This document shows positions 58,645 to 64,000 of a DNA stretch of 64,000 nucleotides, one piece after another. Position 1 is the first letter of the stretch. Each line of letters begins with the position of its first letter. The DNA is taken from contig JBIJDH010000003.1 of assembly GCA_044344255.1 (NCBI GenBank), positions 352,001 to 416,000 of the forward strand, in the 5' to 3' direction. The notes beneath the pieces are model-generated. The model saw nothing but the letters and a program-made list of their open reading frames with translations. It had not been told where the DNA came from and did no database searches. The stretch comes from Myxococcota bacterium (GTDB lineage: Bacteria > Myxococcota_A > UBA796 > UBA2385). The translations under genes and the position numbers were made by a program.

Positions 58645-60902
58645 TGGGCTGGCTGCTCGGCGGTGAGCTGTCGGGAGAGGGGGCGCTCGTCTGGGGTGCG
58701 CCGGCCGCCCTCGTCGGGGTGGCCGCGGCGCTCGCGCTCGTCGCCTGGGTCGCAGCGGCGGCGTTCGGTCCCCGAGGCCAGGCCCGCCTCCGCGCCGCCG
58801 AGCTTGTCGCGTGGGCGATCTGCCTCGCCGCCCTCGTCGTCGGGGTGGGGGATCCCGCCTGGCTCGCCGCCTCTGGGCGGACCGAGCCAGGGCGGCTCGT
58901 GGTCCTCGTCGACGCCAGCGCCTCGATGGGGGTGCGGGAAGGCGGGGCGCCGCGCTCAGAGCGGGCCTCGGCCCTCCTCTCCCGGCTCAGCGCCGGTGAG
59001 GACGTCGATGTCTTCAACTTCGATGAAGAGCTGCGCAGCGGGCCCCCCGCCGGCTGGACGGGGCGCAGCACGGACCTCGGCATGGCCCTGTCCACGGTCG
59101 CGGACCGTTACCTCGGACAGAAGCTGCGCGGCGTCGTCGTGATCACCGATGGCATCGATCGCGGCGGGCTGCGCGCCGGCTGGAGGGCCGCCAGCGAGGC
59201 GGGTTCGGTCGGCGGCGCGCTCGCGGTGCCGTTGCCGGGGCCGCTCACGCTGTACCAGGTGGGCACGGGCTCCGCCCAGGGTGACGTCGCGGTGGACGAG
59301 GTCATCACCAGCGGCTTCGCGTTCCAGCGCTCTCCGTTCACCCTCCGCGCTCGCCTCCGAGGGCTCCCGGGCCAAACCCTGCCGGTCCAGCTCTCTTGTG
59401 ACGGGCGCTCCATCAACAGCCGCGACGTCACCCTCGACGAGGCCGGCGTCGGCACCGTCAGCTTCGAGGTCACAGAGCGGGAGGTTGGGCGCTTTGTCTG
59501 GGAGGTGAGCGTCCCCGTGGCCGATGACGACCCTGTCCCGGGCAACAATTCCTACCAGTCCGTCGTGCGAGTGGTTCGGGACCACCTCCGCGTGCTCCAG
59601 GTGAGCGGGAGCCCCTCTCTCGACACCAAGTTCTTGAGGCTCTTCCTCAAGGAAGACCCGAGCGTCGACCTCGTGAGCTTCTTCATCCTCCGCACGCCGG
59701 AGGACATGGGCGCGGGTTGGGGCACCGACGAGCTGTCGCTCATCCAATTCCCCTACGAGAAGCTGTTCACCGAGGAGCTTGACTCCTTCGACCTCGTCAT
59801 CTTTCAGAATTTTAACTATGGCCCCTACTTCGAGGGCGGTGGTGAGGAGCTGCTCGCCAACGTGGCAGAGTACGTCCGCGCGGGGCACGCCCTCGTGATG
59901 ACGGGCGGAGATCGAAGCTTTGACCTTGCGGATTATGCGAACACTCCCCTCGCCGAGGTGCTGCCGGTTCGACTCGGGGTGACCGGCGTGGCGGTGGACG
60001 AGCGGACCTTCCGGCCGTCGCTCACGCAGATGGGGGCTGGGCACTCGATCCTCCGCCTCGCCGCCACGGTGGAGGAGAGCCAGGCCCTCTGGCAGCAGCT
60101 CCCGGAGCTCGACGGCATCAACCTGACGAACGGCCTCGCCTCCGACTCCGCGGCGCTGCTCGTTCACCCCGAGCTCAAGACCACGGCGGGGGAGCCGATG
60201 CCGGTGGTCGCGGTGCGCGAGGTGGGCCGCGGGCGCACCATGGCGCTGACGGTCGACGCCTCCTGGCGGTGGTCGCTGTCGGAGGCCGCAGAAGGTAGGG
60301 GTAATCAGGCCTATTTGAGGTTTTGGAAGGGCGCCATGCGCTGGCTGGTGGCCGATCCCGACGATCGCCCGCTGGTCGTGACCCCCTCCCGCGAGAACGT
60401 CGTGCTCGGTGAGGAGCTCCGCCTCGTGGTGCGGGCCCGCGACGCAGGCAGCGCGCCGGTCGCGGCGACCGTCATTGAGGGCACCATCAGCGGTCCGGGC
60501 GGCCGAAAGGAGCCGATGACGCTCACCACTGACTCCAACGGCGAGGCCGTGCTCGACTTCAAGCCCGCCGTCCGCGGCGCCTGGCGCGTGAAGGTGCGGG
60601 GCCGTTTGGGCTCCGCTCTGGAGGAGGCCGAGACGGTCTTCGCGGTGAGCGACCGTGACCCCGAGCTCGCAGAGATCGTGCCCGATCAGGCCTTCTTGCA
60701 GGGCCTCGCGGGCCTGTATGGAGCGAGTGGCGCCTGGAGAGGGCCGGGGGATGACTCCGCGCCGCTCGAGGACCCGGCCGCTGTGCGCGTCGTCAACGAG
60801 CAGACTCGGGTGGCCTTCGGTCGGAGCCCGCTCCTGGGCGGGATCGTCGGCCTCACGGCGGCGGCGGCGTGGCTCTTCCGCCGGCGGGCGGGGGCCCGAT
60901 AG
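58644..60902 (+). CDS. VWA + GATase1-like (DUF1355-type) membrane protein
   Basis: VDASASM, VITDG, DPSVDLVSFFILR, LSLIQFP..LF, GRGR, WRW, RWL. Confidence 0.85.
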   Translation: MGWLLGGELSGEGALVWGAPAALVGVAAALALVAWVAAAAFGPRGQARLRAAELVAWAICLAALVVGVGDPAWLAASGRTEPGRLVVLVDASASMGVREGGAPRSERASALLSRLSAGEDVDVFNFDEELRSGPPAGWTGRSTDLGMALSTVADRYLGQKLRGVVVITDGIDRGGLRAGWRAASEAGSVGGALAVPLPGPLTLYQVGTGSAQGDVAVDEVITSGFAFQRSPFTLRARLRGLPGQTLPVQLSCDGRSINSRDVTLDEAGVGTVSFEVTEREVGRFVWEVSVPVADDDPVPGNNSYQSVVRVVRDHLRVLQVSGSPSLDTKFLRLFLKEDPSVDLVSFFILRTPEDMGAGWGTDELSLIQFPYEKLFTEELDSFDLVIFQNFNYGPYFEGGGEELLANVAEYVRAGHALVMTGGDRSFDLADYANTPLAEVLPVRLGVTGVAVDERTFRPSLTQMGAGHSILRLAATVEESQALWQQLPELDGINLTNGLASDSAALLVHPELKTTAGEPMPVVAVREVGRGRTMALTVDASWRWSLSEAAEGRGNQAYLRFWKGAMRWLVADPDDRPLVVTPSRENVVLGEELRLVVRARDAGSAPVAATVIEGTISGPGGRKEPMTLTTDSNGEAVLDFKPAVRGAWRVKVRGRLGSALEEAETVFAVSDRDPELAEIVPDQAFLQGLAGLYGASGAWRGPGDDSAPLEDPAAVRVVNEQTRVAFGRSPLLGGIVGLTAAAAWLFRRRAGAR

Positions 60903-61024
60903 ACCGCGGTCGGTGCGGCGCGGCTTGGGTTTCGTCCGCCCCGAGTTGTTTCTTGTCCGTCACCGGCCGTTCAGGTTGACGGCGACGCGAAAGGGACCTT
61001 AATCCGGACCTGTCTGGAGGTCCC

Positions 61025-64000
61025 ATGGGTGGCTTGCGTTCCCCGTACCTGTTCCTGCTCCTGAGCGTCTTGTTCGCGGTCTTCGGATGTAGGGGCGACG
61101 GCGACGCGGGTGAGGGCGGGGCGGCGCCAGAGGGGGCCACTCAGCTCGGCGACATCATCGCTGACCCTCAGTCCACGCTGCTGCGCATGCGGGCGGTGGG
61201 GCCGGAGGGCGCGGTGCCGGCCGAGCTCGTGATTCAACTTCGTAAGCCGCTCTTCGCGGGCGTAGAGGCCGGTACGGTGCTGGGAGAGGGCAGCCGCCTC
61301 GACTTCGATCCCCCGGTCCCGGGCCACCTCGAGGTGCTCTCCGCCGACACCCTCCGCTTTCTGCCCGACACGGGCTTCCGCCCGGACACCGCTTATCGGG
61401 CCACCTTGGCCGCGGTGGAGGGCGGCGGCCAGCGCGCCACGCCTCCCGACGGAGAGTCGTGGAGCCTGCCCTTCCGCACGCCCGCCTTTCAGCTCCTCCG
61501 AGGCGGCCTCACAGAGAGGGACGCCGCCGCCGGCCGGGTGACGGTCGAGCTCTACTTCTCGGCCCCCGTCGACGTCAACGAGGTCAAGGCCCGCGTCCGT
61601 TGGTCCCTCGGCGCGCTCAAGCTCCGGCCGACGGCCGAGGCCGCGGGGAGCCGCCCCTCTTCGGTGCGCTTCACGTTCGAAGACCCTGCCCTGCGGGGTG
61701 ACGGCCTGATCTCGGTCTCGGTCGAGCCGGTCCCCTCCGCGCAGGACGCGGCCCTGCAGGCCCCGGCGGCTTCGTTCGAGCTCTCCCTCACCCGCGGCCC
61801 CGAGGTCGAGATCTTGTCCTTCGGTGTTCGTGAGGGGCAGAACGGCCACTACCTGGAGGTGGTCTGCAACGACAAGGGAGCGGGGGGGGAGCGCTATTAC
61901 TGGGATCCCGAGACCTATGACGGCTGGTGGACCTCGCGGCGCTGCATCCTGGACGAAGCCGAGGCGCGGCGGATGGTGCACATTGATCCGGCCGTCGAGT
62001 TCACCGTCGCCGAGGCGCCGGCCGGCTTTCGTCTGTTCGGCGACTTCCCGATCGGGGAGTATTCGCTGCGCATCGACGGCGGCGCGCGCACCCGAGACGG
62101 TGGCGTGCTGGCCAGCGGTTACTCCGGGCAGGTGCGGGTCCCCGAGCGCAAGCCCCGGATCAGCTTCGCCTCCAAGGGGCGGTACCTGCCGCGCTCGGCC
62201 TGGAAGAAGCTCGCGGTCCAGCACCTCAACGTAGACGCAGTGACGGTGACGGTGCGGCACGTGCCGGAAGCGAACCTCGCCTTCTGGCTGAGCGGTGACC
62301 GAGAGACCGCCGACGCCCGAAGCTCGAACGTGGTGGCGAAGCAGGAGCTCACCTTCTCCCGAGTGACCGACCTCGAAGAGACGGCCTGGGTCGATGTGAG
62401 CGCGGTCCTGCCGAAGGTTCAGCGGGGTGTCTACGAGCTGCGGGTCGACACCAAGGCCGATCCCGCCAATCCCGGCCGCGCAACCACCGGCGACGCCGCC
62501 CGCATCCTGTTGACCGACATGCAGCTCGTCGCCAAGCGGGCGAGCCCGAGGCCGGGGCAGGCCTGGAGCCCCTCTGTCCTCGTCTGGGCCCTGGACACCC
62601 ACTCCGGCGCGCCGCTCACCGGCGTTCACGTCAAGCTCATCCGCCCGAGCGGGCAGGCGATGGCCACCTGTGACACCGGGATGAGCGGCGTGTGCGAGAT
62701 CAAGGTGCCGATGGACGAGGTGGATCCTACGCCGCCGCTCGCCCTGGTCGCGACTCGGGACGATGATCTGACTTACCTCAAGTTCGAGGAGCTCCGGCTC
62801 GATCCCGAGGCGGACGTGGCAGGCCGCCCGTACGCGATCGACGCGGAGGCCGCCGCCGCCTACCAGGCCGCCCTCTACACCGACCGCGGCGTCTATCGGC
62901 CGGGTGACGTGGTGCACCTCGGCGGCGTGCTCCGCGACCCCTCCTTCCACGCTCCGGAGGCCGCCCTGCCCGTGGTGGTGCAGCTCTTCGATCCTCGCGG
63001 CAAGGAGCTTCGCCGAAAGGTGGTCCAGACCGACGCCGCAGGGGTCATCACCGTAGACCTCCCATTCGCCGACTACGCGAGCACAGGCGTGTACCGGGTC
63101 ATGGCCGAGGTCGGCGAGCGCGTGGTCGGAGAGACCAGCTTCAACGTCGAGGAGTTTGTGCCGGAGCGGATGAAGGTCACCCTGAGCCCGGTGGTCGCCG
63201 CTGGGGTCCGCCTCGGTGAGCCGCTGGAGCTGGACGTCGGCGCGCGTTGGCTCTTCGGCGGCAGCGCGGCGGGCAGCGGCGTCGAGCTCTCCTGTCGGCT
63301 GGAGTCCGCTGACTTCAAACCCAAGGCCGCGGAGGGCTGGCACTTCGGCCTCGCCCAGGTCGACGACACCGACCAGCCCCGGCCGATCACCCTTGGCCTC
63401 GTCGAGGGCCGCCTCGACGAGGCGGGCGTGGCGCGGATGAGCTGTCCTCCCCCAGCCTCGAGCGGCACCGCCTCCGGGCCCCTCTCGCTGGTCGCAGACG
63501 CTGCGGTGTTCGAGGGAGACTCCGGTCGCAGCACCCACGTCACCGCGCGGACGCCGGTGCACCCGGAGCGCTTCTACCTCGGGACCCGCACCGCCACGGA
63601 GAAGGTCAAGGCGGGCCAGCGGGTGAGCGTGCAGGGGCTCGTCGCGGACTGGGAGGGCAAGCCCTCGGCGGAGGCGCCGGCCACGGTCTCCGTCGAGATC
63701 CTGCGCCTCGACGAAGAGCTCGGCTGGTGGTGGGACGAGCGCGAAGAGTCGAGCCGCTACCGGCGCCTGCTGCGCCGTTCGCGAGAGTCCGTCCGTGAGG
63801 TGCCTGTCGTAAAGGGTGCCTTTACCGTAGCCTTTACGCCGGCGGGCAGCGCGGCGGGCTACGTGGTCGTCGTGAGCAGCGGCGCCGCGCGCTCCGAGCA
63901 GTACATCGAGGGGGCCGCGCGCCGGTACTGGTGGGATCCCTCCGACAGCGAGGTCGACCAGACCCCGCGTCCGAAGAAGCCCACCCCGCTCGTGCTCGAG
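61025..64000 (+). CDS. Bacterial alpha-2-macroglobulin (YfhM/YfaS-like) lipoprotein, 3'-truncated by window edge
   Basis: Not in ORF track. GGAGG at 61016, ATG 61025, AVFGC lipobox; LYTDRGVYRPGD, FNVEEFVPERMKV, ARWLFG. Confidence 0.9.
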   Translation, partial: MGGLRSPYLFLLLSVLFAVFGCRGDGDAGEGGAAPEGATQLGDIIADPQSTLLRMRAVGPEGAVPAELVIQLRKPLFAGVEAGTVLGEGSRLDFDPPVPGHLEVLSADTLRFLPDTGFRPDTAYRATLAAVEGGGQRATPPDGESWSLPFRTPAFQLLRGGLTERDAAAGRVTVELYFSAPVDVNEVKARVRWSLGALKLRPTAEAAGSRPSSVRFTFEDPALRGDGLISVSVEPVPSAQDAALQAPAASFELSLTRGPEVEILSFGVREGQNGHYLEVVCNDKGAGGERYYWDPETYDGWWTSRRCILDEAEARRMVHIDPAVEFTVAEAPAGFRLFGDFPIGEYSLRIDGGARTRDGGVLASGYSGQVRVPERKPRISFASKGRYLPRSAWKKLAVQHLNVDAVTVTVRHVPEANLAFWLSGDRETADARSSNVVAKQELTFSRVTDLEETAWVDVSAVLPKVQRGVYELRVDTKADPANPGRATTGDAARILLTDMQLVAKRASPRPGQAWSPSVLVWALDTHSGAPLTGVHVKLIRPSGQAMATCDTGMSGVCEIKVPMDEVDPTPPLALVATRDDDLTYLKFEELRLDPEADVAGRPYAIDAEAAAAYQAALYTDRGVYRPGDVVHLGGVLRDPSFHAPEAALPVVVQLFDPRGKELRRKVVQTDAAGVITVDLPFADYASTGVYRVMAEVGERVVGETSFNVEEFVPERMKVTLSPVVAAGVRLGEPLELDVGARWLFGGSAAGSGVELSCRLESADFKPKAAEGWHFGLAQVDDTDQPRPITLGLVEGRLDEAGVARMSCPPPASSGTASGPLSLVADAAVFEGDSGRSTHVTARTPVHPERFYLGTRTATEKVKAGQRVSVQGLVADWEGKPSAEAPATVSVEILRLDEELGWWWDEREESSRYRRLLRRSRESVREVPVVKGAFTVAFTPAGSAAGYVVVVSSGAARSEQYIEGAARRYWWDPSDSEVDQTPRPKKPTPLVLE

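Noticed and set aside
60971..63562. 863-aa - strand ORF
   Set aside because: Antisense shadow of alpha-2-macroglobulin

Overview
Very GC-rich bacterial chromosome segment, about 46 genes and mostly devoted to the cell envelope. The lipoprotein abundance, a MYXO-CTERM-like tail, an ECF/anti-sigma/caspase operon and an ECF/Ser-Thr kinase pair suggest a Myxococcota-like lineage (inference). No rRNA, tRNA, CRISPR array or mobile element was recognised. Main blocks: secreted hydrolases (1-8 kb); ECF43-like sigma plus kinase (8-10.4 kb); transporters; a triple OB-fold-repeat lipoprotein; a batABDE-like operon with no moxR, divergent from lnt (16.9-24.6 kb); a translationally coupled ECF sigma / zinc anti-sigma / caspase-PEGA-beta-barrel operon (26.8-29.8 kb), the best candidate for an under-described signalling system; five GT-C-like polytopic membrane proteins (35-40 kb and 46-49 kb); a gene interrupted by two in-frame stops (44.8-45.9 kb); a ~15 kb MoxR/DUF58/VWA/DUF4159/GATase-like/DUF4175/peptidase operon; and a partial alpha-2-macroglobulin. 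Many lipoproteins share acidic D-G-T/S repeat linkers. All calls come from motif recognition by eye, and several starts were re-chosen relative to the ORF track.
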